DNA from: the human T2T-CHM13v2.0 reference genome, Homo sapiens
DNA length: 64,000 nucleotides
Direction: 5' to 3' (one strand)
Assembly: GCF_009914755.1 (NCBI RefSeq)
Contig: NC_060927.1
Within the stretch, counting starts at the first letter, position 1, and every line of letters begins with the position of its first letter. Below, piece by piece: positions 45,763 through 62,042 of the stretch. Under the pieces are notes generated by a model. That model did no database searches and was not told the DNA's origin. It worked only from the letters and a program-made list of their open reading frames with translations. Made by a program: the position numbers and the translations under genes.

Positions 45763-47358
45763 GTATGGCCTTTTTAAAATGCTTTTTAGGCTAAGAAAAC
45801 TTGTTGAGCTCAGGAATACTGGAATGGAGTTTTAATAATGTATAGTGAACTTTAGGCATGCCTGTTGTCATTATTAACATAATACACATAACAGAATATT
45901 TATTGCTTTTTCTGCTGCCTTTGATCTAATCATAGTCAAATCAGCTCCCGATTTTACACCCATTTTATAAGTATTCATTAAAGAGTTCATTCAGAATACC
46001 AGTAATGTGTTTATTTCATTTTATCTTGTTTTTAATTTATTTTAAAAGCTTGGAAAAACTGCTGTCAACAAGAATGTCAGAGGCTTTCGATTTATTAAAT
46101 TTTTCCAATAGTGAAATTAGATGCTATAATTCATGAATGACTCTCTCACAGTGATTGCAGTGGTGAATACGACCTGTTAAATCAGGTTAAATTAGCTTTC
46201 AATGTGATGTAGCTTCAGCCAGTATTTTTATTAGTATTTAATCCCAGGCTCAGATCAGATCAGCTTTTGTAAGATCTCAGACTTCTTTGGTTTGTCAGCC
46301 GAAGAGAGCACACACCAGAGGGTAATTTTTTTGGTTGGTGTGCTGCAGAGACAAATCTGATATTCTTGATTTTGCCACAGGAGCCCTGGCCTCAACCATA
46401 TGCTCATTTCTAATGAGCACTATATGACAAATAATAAAACGTATACAGTTTATGAAAATAAGATGCTATCTGCTTTAGGTCTTTTCTTTTTTCCCTTTTT
46501 ATCCCAACTAAAAAATGCATGTCATAAACCAACAATTTTTATAGGGTTGAGAGAAAATGACAAGCAGGACTGTGCTGTTTAATATTGATGTATTGAATCA
46601 CTTTGATTCATTTGAATAAAGAATACTGCATAAATGGAATATAAAATGATATCCTTTTGGCAGAAGAAAACCTAGCATCTTACTTTGAAAATGAGAAAAA
46701 AATACTTTTGGCTCTTACATTAAAAAAAAAAAGCTGTTTCCTCTTGGGACAACTCGTGTCAACTACTATGACTTTATACCATCGGTTGGCCTGCTTATGT
46801 ATTAGGCTTCCCTGCCATAGTATTTGCTTAGCTGCTGAGGGCTATTGTATAAAATTGGTAACAAAAATATATAATGTTATTTCATGAAGAATAATTTGCT
46901 TAATTAAACTGAATAAATTAAGATTTTGTTACAGTTTTCCATTATAATAAGCAAAATGTTATTTTCACTGTCTAGGGGAAGTAGATAATAATTGTTAATA
47001 ATACTTTCTTGCTTTTCTCCAGTTGTTGATGCCCATTGATTCTTCAGAGTTAAAAAGGAATTTTGCCATATTGACTAAATTTATTTTTAATGTTGATGTC
47101 TGAGCCAGTTCTATCTAACTTTTCAGAAACATTTTTTTCAAAACAATTGATTTGCCATGTATTCTGTTTGATTAAATTCTATACTGCATAGCAGGAATAT
47201 TAGAAAGGTAGCGGCTCATCTTTGACACACCTGATATTTACATATCCATTGACTACCAAGAGTATTCAGCTTAACTTAAAATACCAGTATGGAATATCTC
47301 AGCTGATGCTGGTTCTAACCGTTATCACCGCTCAGCATATGATTCAGTGTATGACCTC

Positions 47359-47657
<299 letters not shown>

Positions 47658-48622
47658 TGATTGTTATTTTAGCACCACTATCATCAGATTCATTAGGAGC
47701 TCCTGAAGCACTGGGGACAGCTCTAAGGGACTGGTTTGGTGGTGTAATAGCCACCATCCTGTGATTCTGCAGGATGAGATCCCATGCCTTTCATAAACTA
47801 ATTTGTCCTTGCTGCTCCGTACACTAATTCTTGAATGAGATTTGGTCCTTGCCTCTTAATTATACTAAGTTTTCTTCTAGAGAAGAAAAGAACTTCTTAC
47901 TTGGAGGAGAGAGTCATGCAGGGTGTCATTCCCAGAGGTTGCCCCTCTGCTCTACAGCACTCATCTCCTGAGGACTCTTGGGGTTTTTAGCTATAAAGTA
48001 TATGCAGGATTTGAGGAGCCTTTTAAAAAATTATTAATTTGAAAACTTATTAGGAGTTGTTTCAAAATATAGGAAGGCATGTATGACAGAAAGACCAAAA
48101 TAAAATGGATAGTGTAAAAATATATTATTTTCTGTTTTGCCCTAGAATGAGATGTAGTCCCTACAAGATATAACTTTTCCTAGTTATATTTTGTAACCAT
48201 TGGTAATAGCCCTAGTTCCTCAGCAAGTTAAATTATTGTATCTTTGGTTATTTAGCTGTAAATGTTATATGTGTTTATACAAGAGTAGTTCATGGTTCTC
48301 AAAGGATACATAACCTCTCTCGTCACTTTCCTCCTCTGACCCAGCAGTACCCTAACTTTCAATCTTTAACATCTTACAATCTGACCATATTGTCAGACTA
48401 ATACTGGGCTGGTTTTATTTAAGGCTAAATAAGAGCTAACTAGATGAACTAAGAAAAATATCTACTAAAATCTGCTATGAGCATATGTATTGCAACAGAA
48501 ATAGAATAGGCTCTAATTACTCACTGCGATATCCCTAAAGCTCTTAGAATTATTTCATAAAACACCATCACCTTTGAGAAAATCCAAAGATTCTTGAAAT
48601 TCTTGTTTTAATTAGTCAAAAG

Positions 48623-48790
48623 CAAAGGTTCTCAAACTTTACAATACATCACAGTCACCTAGAAGGCTGTTTACACACAGATTGCTGGGCCCCGCCACCA
48701 AAGCTTCTGACTGATTAAATCTGGTGTTGGGCCTGAGAATTTGCATTTTGAACAAGTTTCCTATTAGAGAACCACAGTTTGAGACCACTG
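48623..48790. mobile_element. MER5A-family MITE
   Basis: ggttctcaaactt...cagattgctgggccc...gggcctgagaatttgcatt...tttgagaccactg with terminal inverted ends. Confidence 0.8.
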
Positions 48791-51700
48791 CTCTATAGTT
48801 ATGTGTTTTTTAAAAAACACCAAATTATTAAATCATTATTGTTAAGGCATTTATTAATATTTCTGGAACTTCACGGTGGAAGGGTCAAGAGAGGAAGGGA
48901 TTGATGTATAAAAGAAAATTACTGAGTGGAAAGCTTTATATCCCTGTCTCTTTTCAGAGGGATTCCTGGTCCTATTATATACACTTAAAGAGAAGTGGGT
49001 GTTTATGTAATCTAGGAAACAATTTACTCTTTAAAAGTATTTAGCTTTGTAGTATCATTTTAAGATCAGGCGTGCAAAATTCTCAGAAACTATTTCCGTT
49101 CATTTTATTTACAAACTCTTTTAACACTGGGAAGAAGTTAACTAGATTTTCTCTTGAAAATGGGTCATTTATCGTGTAAAATATTTATCTTAGAAACATA
49201 CTTTTAACAGTAAACCCTGGTGATTTCTTTAAGTCGAAAATGTTTTGTTTGTTTTGATTTTTTTTCATTGAGTCCTGGATCTCTTCCCTGCAAGATGAGA
49301 AAGATATTTTTCCTTCTTAACCAAATCTGATCATTGAAAAGCTCATTGAAATTAATCTATGTGGAGCCATGAAACTGAATAAAGCATATTTGTTTGTAGG
49401 TGCCTCATAAATGTTTACATTTAAGAGAAGAAAAATCAGGATTTAAAAAGAAATACAGACTGCAGGGACAGTTTCTCACTCACCACCCTCAATTTCAGCC
49501 TGTCTCCCATTCCAAGGTGAGACTCATATTTCATCCAGAGTCAGCTTGGCCCATCCAAAGTGCCATCTACTCTGTGTTTCCAGGCTCCGATCCATTAAGT
49601 TGGTCAGAATGAATTTCCTATCTGTGTCTTCTGTTGTTTACAGGTAGAGTGACACATCAGTTACTTTTTAGGTCTGGTTTACCAAAGACTAATGACCAGA
49701 TATAATGTCAGAAGGGAACTGTTGTCTTTAATTATTTAACAGGCCTAAAAGCCATGACCAATCCACATATTCTCTGATCTGCTCTGTGGCTCACTCTTAC
49801 ACCTAGAGTATATCTTTGCATTGAAAAATTATATTTACCTTGAAGACACAGCTAATCTGGGTGATTTAGATAGATTTGGACTTTAAAACTTCCCTTAGAA
49901 GATATTTGCTTTGCCTATATAAATATAACTATAATCTCACCAAAATTAAAATATTGTCACCATTGGATATAAGCAATAGGTACAAATTTAATGCATTTAT
50001 TTTCATGAGGGAATGCTCAGTTTGTTACACTATATTACAGTTGATTAAAAACACCATATACTTACACTGTAACTAATCAGTGGATGTATTTTGTGTTTTA
50101 TTGGAAGCACTAATATTTCTTTTTAGATAAGAAAGGTAAGGTAAAGAAGGCCTTATTTGTTCTTTGACTCATTTATTCATTCAACAATTATCAGTCATTT
50201 TCTCCCAAGCTACAATATTTACAATACCGTCATAATTGCAAGACTTCCACCATTACCTAATTTGATTCTCATCTTTACCACCTGTTTGCTCACCCACCTC
50301 AGACAGCCATAAAATTAGCAATTTAACATCCAGGGTGATCATTTTTCTTAGCACTTTAGCTGTACCTCATGTACTGTTGCACCCACCCTGTAGCTAGACT
50401 TTATGGATGAATACTGTTTATCCAAACATTACATAATAGTCAAGAGAGACTACAGTGGAATTAACTTATTGGCAAGCCCTATCCAATTTGAGGAAAATAA
50501 GAAGCATACCCATGAACATCCTATGCCGTATGGCCCACTAGTGCCCTCTACCTACCAACCTAGCAAACACACACGTCCCTCCATAGCTGACCAGTCATTG
50601 GAAAACAGATGTTAACTATATTGTTCGTATCTGAAAGGATGTATATATCTCTTAGGTAGAACAGCATGGGCAGGAGTGAACAGTAATATAACAAATCATT
50701 ATTATATCAGCTATGCTTGAAATTGAAGCCATCAGCGTAGATGAGATTACTGAGAGAGGGTCCTAAGACAAAACACTGAGGAAAAACATTGAAGGGATTA
50801 TTATGGAAAGAAGAGCCAGCAAAGAAGAACCACAAGGAGTGGCCTGAGACATAGGAGGAAAGCAAGGACCCTGCAATAACAGAAGGGCAGGAAGGAGTTT
50901 TTCTAAAGAAAGACTAGCACTGTCAAATGCTGCAAAGAAATTAAGATAAGGACCAAGCCATGGAAATTAACGTATGCCCAGTTTTCCACCCTTCCTTCCC
51001 TCAAATTAAGAAGTTTTTGATTTAACTTTTAGAAATCGTATCTCACACTAAGTAATGCCATAAAAATGTTACTGTTAGGAGATCCTGGAAATGTTGGGCC
51101 ACTAAAATATGTTGAACCTCCCCCCACACATGCCCTTTTGGGAATCAGGCTTCCAGCAACCTTGAGCATTTAAAATGCTTCCCTGTACCTGTAAACAGGT
51201 AAAAATCCTCCCAGAGGCAATAAGGAAAACTGTTCTTACTAAACCTAAGGAGAGCATTCTCAAGCCTCCTCTCTGACAGCTTTGCTTTAACTCTAAAGGC
51301 AGGTAGTGCATCCATGCAGTCAGTCATTCATGAGCCTCTCAGTGTGCCATGCACTGCATTAGGCACAGGATATGTGGGAGTGACACACACGGGGAACAAA
51401 AACCTGCAGTGACAAAAGCAACAGCAGAGGGAGCCAGTGGAAGAAACAGAAAAACAGCATGGGTGTGAAGTGCAGTGCTACGCAGCTTGTGGTCCTTCAG
51501 TAATTCTTGAGCATGTCATGGGATTATGTGACAAATTTAGTGCTCTGCAAATTACTAAATTTAATAAATATCCACACACACTGCTATTTTTAATTCTGTT
51601 CAATTTCAGTGTTTAAGTAATTTTTGGAATTGTACCAAAAAGGTGTTTATGTTTATTAAGTGTTAAAGATAAATCATTATTAGTAATAATTGGGCCATTT

Positions 51701-53320
51701 ATTGAGAGCATAATATCTCTTCAGCACTGCCCTACACTAGCATCACACCTAATCTTCACAGCATAATTGCGGGCAGGTATTACTGTTCATATTTTGAAGG
51801 TAAGGTAAATGAGGCTCAAAATCTTATTTGCTTAAGTCCACACAGCAGCAAGTAATGAAAGCATGCCTGTGTGGCACAAAGGCCATATTCTTTCTATTAT
51901 AGAGCGTTGATTCAAGGCACTGGCATTTATGTTCAGTCCTTCATTCCCTGAAGCACTGAGAGCCGGTGGTATTAATGTGTTTGTTTTCTCTTAGTCTCCT
52001 GATAAGGTGAGTAATTGAATTCAGCATGTCTAGAAAAGGTAGAAGTAGCATTTATCAGTGAAAATTCGGCCAGAAGAAAATATTCCAAACTTCAGAAAGT
52101 TTGAGCCCCATAAATGTATCTTCTAAAGGAAAAGTAAATGATAGAGATGAATAGAAAAGCACTCTGTTAAAACTGATAACACCCAGGAGGAAAGAGTCCT
52201 CATAACTTCCTTAAGCTAGGCCCTTTTTAATAGCCTAGGTAGGCCATTATTAAATACATGCTTCTACAAAGGCCTGTTATTCAGCAAGTATTCTAGGGAA
52301 AATTTCTTCTAGCATGAAGCACCCAGTCCCTCCTGGAGCTAACAACTTCGTAGAATCACCTGTGGGATCTGTGGTCACCTTTAAGGATATAGTCACAAGC
52401 AGGATTACCTACTAAATGGAAATAAGAAATAGCTCTGTTTTTAACTGAGAAAGAATTCAGAATCACAAAGAATCTAAAAATCTTAGACTATAGCTATCTA
52501 CTCTAACAATGACAGAACTTCAGGTGAAGATGCTTGTAAATGTCTTTAAGAATGTATGTCCTTCTCAGCTCTTATTGAGGCTAGAAATGGAAAATGAAGT
52601 TTTTATTTAAAAAATGAGAAAAGGCAGTGTTGTTTATTTTTATCAATGCCCAGCCACTTTTTAGCCAAATTTGCAGAAGAGGATGCAGTCAATGTTAATG
52701 TTGTACATATGTTATGTACTGCAACACAGCATAGGCCATTAACTGTACAACTCAGATTTGTGGCCTTGATTATCAGTCTTTGCATGTACATTAAAGCATA
52801 CTCTGAAAGCCAGGGTCAGTGTTTTATATAAAACTCTTAGATTCCTAAGCTGCTGTCATATGGCCTTGCACATATATATTGGATTCTAAACAAAATTTGT
52901 TGACTGACTTGATGCTGTCTTTCCACAGAGATCCCAGATATATTCTTCAAAAAAATTGTTTGGTAAATGCAAAATAACTCTAAATCTCTTTTATATTTGA
53001 CTAGTTATTAAGTTAGTACTTAAGTAGAAATTGAAATGCATTTCTCACTTTAAGGTTACAGAGTTAAATTTAAAGCCTAGAATATCCAAGATAATATTCT
53101 TACTGTTAAACAGCCATACCTACTTTTGTTATTATTTTTGAGGTCATTTACTAAAAATGGTTCTCAAAATGATCATCCCAAATGTGACATGTTTTGTTAC
53201 TTGGTACATGGGAGCAATGATACTCTCGTAACTAAGAAAAATTCCTGAATGTATATGAATGAGAAGCAAAGATTCTGGTATCACAACTAATATTCCCTAT
53301 TTGGATTGTCTTTAATATAG

Positions 53321-53401
53321 ATTTCTTCAAACACTTCGCAGTTGGGTGGTGCTGAGCCTGTAAAACGCTGTGGAAAGTCTGCACTCTTTCAACTGGCAGA
53401 G
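53321..53401 (+). CDS. BBX: BBX coding exon 7 (ISSNTSQLGGAEPVKRCGKSALFQLAE), followed by a GC-AG intron
   Basis: aatatAG|A acceptor; ends GAG|GCAAGT (GC donor); 81 nt, phase 0-0; ends in the same motif as the two previous exons. Confidence 0.92.
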
Positions 53402-56400
53402 GCAAGTTCCTAAGAATATATTGAGATAAGATCTGCAGAGGTGGAAATTACAAAATATTCTAACAGTGTTTCCCTAAACTGTACCATCTCTCCTGTGACC
53501 ATAAAATGAGTTACATCTAATTTTCAACAATGAGAGGGTTAACCTTTAATTTGGGAAAACTGAATTTTGCTACTAAGAGTCATTAAGCATTGCTAAAGGT
53601 TACCTAGAGATATTGCAAAATTTTTTTCACAGGTAGTATTTTAAAATAAGGTTACTTAGATTGGCTATGTAAGTCCAGCCTGAACACAGAAGAGTATCTG
53701 TGGTTATTTTCCCTTTTCTGATTCCCGTAAACCGTCTATAAATCTCCAGAATGCACTGCTTTTAAATCAGATGGTTGATGTTTGAATTTTTTTTTTCCTG
53801 GTGAAGAATTCATATGACATGTTCTAAAATCTGATTTTATAAGATCAATCAGTTGTACATTTGATGTGACGTGTGTAAAATGCTACTCTTCCATTGGCAA
53901 AGTAGAAAACTTGCTTTCATAAAGCTGGTGAGGAACAGAGACCTTATTAGTGGGGGATGGATTGGGGAGGAAGACGCCGGAAGCATCTGTTGCTAGGGTG
54001 GGCAAGGCAATGGCTTTCTCTGCCAGGCTGTGACTACCCTACCTCAAGGAAACATGCAGAAGAAATGTTTTCAGCACCAGGACATTCTAGTAGCAGTTTT
54101 CTCTGTTGGTAAGATAAATTAGGAGGTAGAAAGTGGATAACCAAAAATCTCTTACTAAATTTTTTTTAATTTTCTCATTTTTCTGGTTTCTTTTCAATGA
54201 GCTCCCTTTGAGTTCTTTTGTAAATTTTTTGTAGTTTATTTAACTTAATGAGCTGACCAATCATATTCTAAAATTGCTAAATTTTATGGTAATTTGTATC
54301 ATAAAACTTATGCACTTAAAATATATAATATCTTTAAATTAGGTTTTTAAAGATTACCAAGTCCAAATTAGAAATATAAAAATACAAAGGCCTTAAAAAG
54401 TAAAATTAATAAACAATGGAACAAACTACCCCATTGTTGTCTGACACTACAATGACACGCTTCTTGTGTAAGACAAGTTGAGACCAAAATAGAGGGCTAC
54501 AAGTGACTGGAAAACTCTAAGGAAAACTAATGAAGACAGCAGGGAATAGTTCTCAAAAGAACTGCATGAGTCAGTGCAAAGTACTACTCCAAACAGAGCT
54601 GAAACAGTGAAGATCTGACAAGAGAGTGCCTTTAGAGTTAGAGTTGTAAACAAATCCTAGTAAACAGACAGACTGTGAGGTCATGCATTTGTCTAGTAAC
54701 TCTAAGACTGTATATAGATTGTCAAGAAAATTTATTTGAACGAAGTGATTATTTTTCTTGAATAATATGGATGTATGACCCTCTGCTTGTGCTGGTTATA
54801 TAATTGCATGTGTATGTATGTGGGCACACATATATAGGAAAATACATATGATTTCTTAAATATTAAACAATACTAAAATGTAAAACCAGCTTTCAATGTA
54901 TGATATTTACCTTTAAACAGTTTTTTTTTGTTAAAAATGTATGAACCTTTGGGGTACTTTGCTGCATGGGGGGGCTGGTAAAGAAGTGGATTCGTCATTT
55001 TCTTTCTTTGGCATAGCAGTCATAAAAAAAGGATTCCTTATTAAATCAGAGCTCATTAAAAAGAACACTCTTCTAATTTGTAGGGATGCATCCCAAATAT
55101 GAAACAGATGCTATGGTTTAACAGATGTTTGAATGTTGGTATCATAATTTAACGGGGTAAAATGACTGAAATAAGCCTATTCCAATTATAGCAAATCAGC
55201 TTATACCAAGACTGAGTTTCTTATGACATTTGAGCAAAGATTTATACTTTTGATTAAACAGAATCCCTAAAAAAGAAAACTTTCTGGCATTGTTATTTGC
55301 ACTGAATCAGTGTGATGTCTTAATACAGTGTATTTTAGAATAACATTCTAAAACCTCCCAGTTTCTAATTAAACTTAAGTATATGCACAATGGATTAACC
55401 AGCATCTCCAAATAATCACCAGCAGATTTATGCTTCCTTAATTTTTTTATTGCATGTGTACTTGATATTCATTTTTCATTCACAAAATATAACGTTTAAT
55501 TATTTCTGATGCATTTTAAGATAAATAAATATAAGAAGATATTGAAGATTTTTCCTATTGCCTAGAATTGGTGATGGTGTCTGCAATTTGAAGACACAAC
55601 CTTAAATTCACACATTCTAAAGGGAAAGTCACCAAGAAACTACTTCCAATTTGGGCCACACCCATCTCGGGATTTCTAAAGAGATAGCCTAATACAACTT
55701 ATTATCCTATCTACCACTCCAGGAGTTCCTCCTCTTATCCCCACTCCAATCTCAAGTCATCCTTTGGTAGAGGGTTATCATAGGCTGTCCACACATCTGG
55801 AATATTTTGCCTTTTCTCTGTGTCTCAGGGAGGAAAGAAGAGATATTAATTCTCATTCTTTATCTATGTCCCATGTCAAGGGAAGTGAAGGCAGCTCCAA
55901 GAGAAGCACTGTTAAAGATTGAGGGAGGTACATGCAAAAGATTTCTTCTTCTTCTTTGGCAAGAAACAAGAAATATTTCAAACATCAATTTATTGCTGGA
56001 TCCTTTACCTATCTGACCAGGCAAAAAAGAAAACTGAAGGAAGTTGACAGCATGGAGAGACTCGGAATGGCCCGCTGTACTTTGGGCATTATAAAGATGT
56101 ATGAGTTTCCCAAGGGTCAAGTGGATAAATAGAAAATAGATCCATGTGATCAGGCAAGAGACTATTGGACAGTAACAGAGAGGGGTTGCATAAGGTAGTC
56201 CTGGGGCAGTCTCACATCAGGGGAGAATATGGTAGAGATGCCTTTGCTCGGGACCTCTGAGGTGTGCCTGCAAGCAGGAGTGATACTCAACTGGTTTGCC
56301 GTCCTTATACTAAAACAACAAGATACTTCCTACTGTCGGGAAAAAGCCTGTAACCCAACCACCCGAGTACTCTTCAGCACCTGGAGGGCACATCCCCTCT

Positions 56401-58484
56401 GATTAGGTGGCACCCCTGCCTGTTAAATATTTTGAATATCACCCCTGCCTGTGACATCCCCTGAGAATGCCATTGAGTCTTGTGTAGAGTTAACAGTAAC
56501 AAAGAAAAAAAGAAAAACATAACCTTGGGCAGTTAGTTATACCTCCCCCATTCTGTCTTCTATTCTCTAAATGAGAGGTTTTAGGCCTTGTGAAAGAAGG
56601 GCCAGGAACCAGCCCCAGACTAACTACTCACCTTTCCCCAACTCCATTCCTGTGGGCTGGAGTAAGAGGAGTGAATGAACAGTCCTTCCAAACATGGGGG
56701 TTGTTGCTTCCAACAAATGTCTTCTCCTTAGTGAGAAGTAAGAAATATTTGGGGCATATATTTACTGCTGTGCCCTGTACCCATGTAAGCAGGCAAACAA
56801 AAAAAACTGGGGGAAATTGGCAGCAGGCACAGAGATACTTGGATTGGCCTGTACTCCCAACTTTAGCGTTGTAAAGACCCCTTTCCCGTTTTCCAGGACC
56901 CTGGAGCCAGGAGATTTCCTGGGGAAGGTCCTAATTCAGGCATATGATTGGCATTTTAAACTGGGTAGACTTTTAATAGCTGAAAGTGACCTGAAAGTTC
57001 TGGGATTTGTTCCAGATATTTTTAAGGGTTTTGTCTGAGGTCAGGGAATTGGCAGAAATATAATGCTTTATGTTTGGACCTCCATGAAGTTCATACTGTT
57101 CAGTTTATCATTCATTTAAGTTGTGCAGGTACTATAAGGTATTGTGTTTCCTTTCGTTTTGAAATTAATTAGGTCAGGTCATATAAAGAACAGCAAAGCA
57201 TCCCCACTGGAGATCATTGTGTATTATAGTGGCTATAGTTGGAGGACACTGAAGAGGGTCAGAGATATCTGAACCTGTGTACATTTCAGCAAAGAAAAAT
57301 TCTACCCTTGAAGATCTCTAGTACCAAAATTGTCTAATATAACAAGTAGAGCAACTTGTTCATTTATTCTCACAGTAGTTATTGAGGATGTATTCTGTGC
57401 CAATAACAGAGGTGACTGAAGTTACCTGTATGTGTATATACACATATTTTTGGTGCAATGAGAACTAAAACCTGTAAACCTTCTTCTAAGATCGGTGATA
57501 TAGGAACATGTTACCTCCAAGTACAGAGTATTTTAAAGTGTGACTAGAGGCTGCAGCATAAGCCTAAAAAGATTGCTGTTCTGCTTCTCACTTTTCTGAA
57601 ACAATTTTGAATGTTCTTTAAAATACATTACAAATTTGAATGGCAGATCTTTCTACAGATAAGTTATGCTATCTAACCTAAGATGATAATGACTGGCATT
57701 TATTATCTGCTGTGTGTTAGGCACTAAGTACTTTATATGTACTAATTTGATTCTCACAACTATCCTCTGAGGTAGCTACTATCATTCTTCTTTTACACAT
57801 TAGGAAACCAAAAGCTATAGAAGTTATATAACTTGTTTAAGGTCACATGGACAATAAGTGTTAGAGCCTACACAGGAACCCAGGCAGACTGTCTCCACAG
57901 CCTGTACTCTTAAACACCAGGCTGTTCTTTCACCTTGTTTTAGATGAATATAAAAGACTGTGCAAGTTGCTTGTTATAGGAGTGTGCATATTATAAAAGT
58001 CTCTATGGAAGACAGCTTACTCCTACACATGTATGTGTGGCTGAATAAGATGACAGATTGTCCAAGACTGCTGTCAAAGAAATGGAGCTCATGTTTTCTT
58101 TTTAAAAAATGTCTGTGCTTTTGAAACTGCCAGGATGCATCTTACACCCTTAAATAAGTGCTTGTTTGTGAATGTGCTTTGGAAGATACTGTGGGGATTG
58201 TAGGAAATTATGGTATACAACTCCTGTCCTCAAGGAGCTTATTCTCTAGTTGTAGAGATAAGATATAACAAGTTAAGGAATAAGAAATAAAGAGTGCAAG
58301 TGATTTAATAAGGAATCATGCAAGGAAATGATGAAACTCCACTTGAGTGATGAGTGACACACAAAAATGAATGTGTGAAACTAGGGAAGGGAGAAAATAT
58401 TAGCAGGCATGTTCTGGAGACCAAGCACAGGGGAAAAAACAATGATGATGGTTTTCAATCAAGGAGTTACTTAGGAACCACTAG

Positions 58485-58860
58485 AAGTTGAAACTAGCAG
58501 TCTCTGGGTGACATCCAACCTACAGAGATCCTTTGTTTGGCCTATATTTTGTTGACCTATATCATATTCTACAGTTCAATTCATGGCTAATATTTGAAGA
58601 TTAAAACTTCAAATAAATATAGATTTCTGACTTCTGAAAATTTGGAGGACCTGGAGACATCAAGCTAGCCTTCCTTCATGAGAACAATTGCTCAGAGTTG
58701 ATTAGTGGTTGCCCTTTTGGATGCTTGTTCTCCAAATGACTGTCCTCTCCTTTCCCTGCTGAGCCCTCAGTCTGAGGCCAACAGTCATTGCCATTATCCG
58801 CTTAAATTTGCTCATTTCCCTCCTTTATACCTGACCGCCATACATAGTGGGGATTGTGAC
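58485..58860 (+). mobile_element. MER102-like hAT DNA transposon relic
   Basis: tttgtttggcct...gatttctgacttct...gagaacaattgctcagagttgattagtggttgcccttt resembles MER102 as I recall it. Confidence 0.55.
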
Positions 58861-58959
58861 TTACACATAATTAAGTGGACAGCTGGGGGAGATAAAGCAA
58901 AGGGATTAAGGCAAGCACAGGAGAAAGGTAGATGGTAACAAGTCTATCAGATTGACAGG

Positions 58960-59340
58960 AATAGAGGACTGTGTTTATGGAAGATGAAGGTAAAGTGTAT
59001 CTGTGAGTCAGAATTGGGAGAATGTTTAGTGCAGAGCAAATAAATATATACTTGAAAATAATGAGGAGCCATTGAAGATTTGGGACGGGGTTACACAGTG
59101 ATAAAAGCAGCACTTAGAGAGATCTTCTTGGCAGCTATGTATGGAATGGAGTGGAAAGCCCCTGTGGACTTAAGGTGTGAGAAGATAAGAACTGGAATTG
59201 AGAGAGCTGACAGTGGGAACGGGAGACAGAAAGAGATGCCAGGGGTATTCAAGTGAATTGTTTGAGTGAGTCAATGTGAGAGGCAAAGAAAAAGAAGAGT
59301 CAAAGATGACTCCAACACTGAACCTGATTGTTTGACCTTG
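58960..59340 (-). mobile_element. L2 fragment
   Basis: ggagccattgaagattt...gagtcaaagatgactcc are L2 hallmarks. Confidence 0.6.
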
Positions 59341-60553
59341 ACCTTGGAACCCTGCTTCGGGAAGGCTGGTTGCAAACAAAGAGTAAGCCCTGCTAGTAGA
59401 AAAGAAGAGCTGAAAGATGCTGAGGGTGGGGGAAAGAGAAATTCAATAATAGAAGAGTGGAAAAAGGAGAAGATTGCTAGCCAAGTAAATAGTTGAGTTT
59501 AGGAAGCAGAGACCTGCATTCCTGAGAGCACAGACGACAGAGGCAGCCACCATAGATCCCTCCACTGCTCCCAATTATTGGTGATATTTGATCAGTGTAT
59601 GATTCCATTTAAGATTTCTGTTGTGTCTTCATATTATTGATGTGCATTATCCCTTCCATCCTATGGTAACCCCCTTAAAGCCCAGAACATCCCACCTCAG
59701 CTCCTCCTACACTATCGTCATATAAATGAATTCTAATACTTAAAATGCATTTAAGGGGACCCGTGTGGTGGGTTTCTTTCCTTATCATTTTATACAAAAT
59801 TGTGAGTTGTTTTTAGAAAACTCCTGTTCTAAATCTTTTCACCTCATCCCCAATTGCACTAGGTTATTTTTGGAGGAACAGAAAGTAGAGGAATGTATCT
59901 AATTGACTGCCCTTAACCTCTTTGGGGGAAGACTTTAGTAGATGGGCTTATGGAGGAAAGGCCACCTCCACCCCATTCAGAGTCTTCAGAAACAGTACCA
60001 TTTCTGAGGAAATGGTGAGTAAAGAAAAATATTTAAATCACCGTTTCACCTAGTCCAGTTGTTGCAGCAAACTACAGAACTGTTAAATATGCCCAGATTT
60101 TAGTGTTGAGAGAAGCTTAGACCACTGTTCTGTGACCAGTTATCTCTTATGATAAATGGAATTGAATTTTTTAGCAGCAATGCTATTCTCAGAAACCATC
60201 AACCAGTGTATATTTCTCTGGCACAAGCGTTCGGGTTTTATTTAATTATGGGAGAAATGCACATCCTGAAAAACACTGCTAAAATGCCATCCTAAGGTTA
60301 TGTCTACATTGTTTTGGCAGATAATAAGCCAGTACAAAATGATTGTAAATATACCTTGGCTGCAAAACATTTGTTTTGTACTAAAAAGCAGAGATTTGGA
60401 AATGGAAACTTCTTGATTGGTGTCAGTAGGTCTGTTTTCACACTGCCTTGTTTTTAATCTGGCCAACTCCTTTATAATAGACAATGAAAGATGACATATA
60501 ATTAAAAGAGAAATTATATGGTGCATTTTGGAACTGCTTATCATTTCTTAGGA

Positions 60554-61203
<650 letters not shown>

Positions 61204-61697
61204 TGATTCAGAAAGATAAAAGCTTGTTGCAGCCAAGGTTTATTTTATCTTTAAAGCGAGTCCGTAGTAACAAACTGAGCCTAAGGTATGGTTTTACCTG
61301 AACTAAAAGTGTGACAGTCCCCCTGAACCCAGGAACATAAAATATAATCCCTTTACTACACATTTTATCTCACCCCTTCAGTATTTCTATTGAATTGTTT
61401 TCTTTGTAATCATTTTGAAGAAGATAACTTTTTATACATGGTCTAACATGCACATCCTTAGGAATCCTAGGTATTAACATACTGATTTTTCTTTTTCTTT
61501 TGGGAGTGAGTTCCATGTCTTCCTGCACATCACTGTCAGATCCTTCTGACTACACAAAACACTGAGAAACCTCAGTGCGATTTTTATTGACAGAGGTAAT
61601 ATTAAAATATTGGTGATTAATTTCACTGGTATTCTTGGGAGGTATAACTAAGGACAGTATGATTGCTGGGCTGGACCAAGCAGTAGCATGGTCATAA

Positions 61698-62042
<345 letters not shown>

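Noticed and set aside
52646-52831. ORF containing AKFAEE as a possible fourth copy of the LFQFAE exon
   Set aside because: No donor after the motif, no ISS start, and only a 3-residue match.
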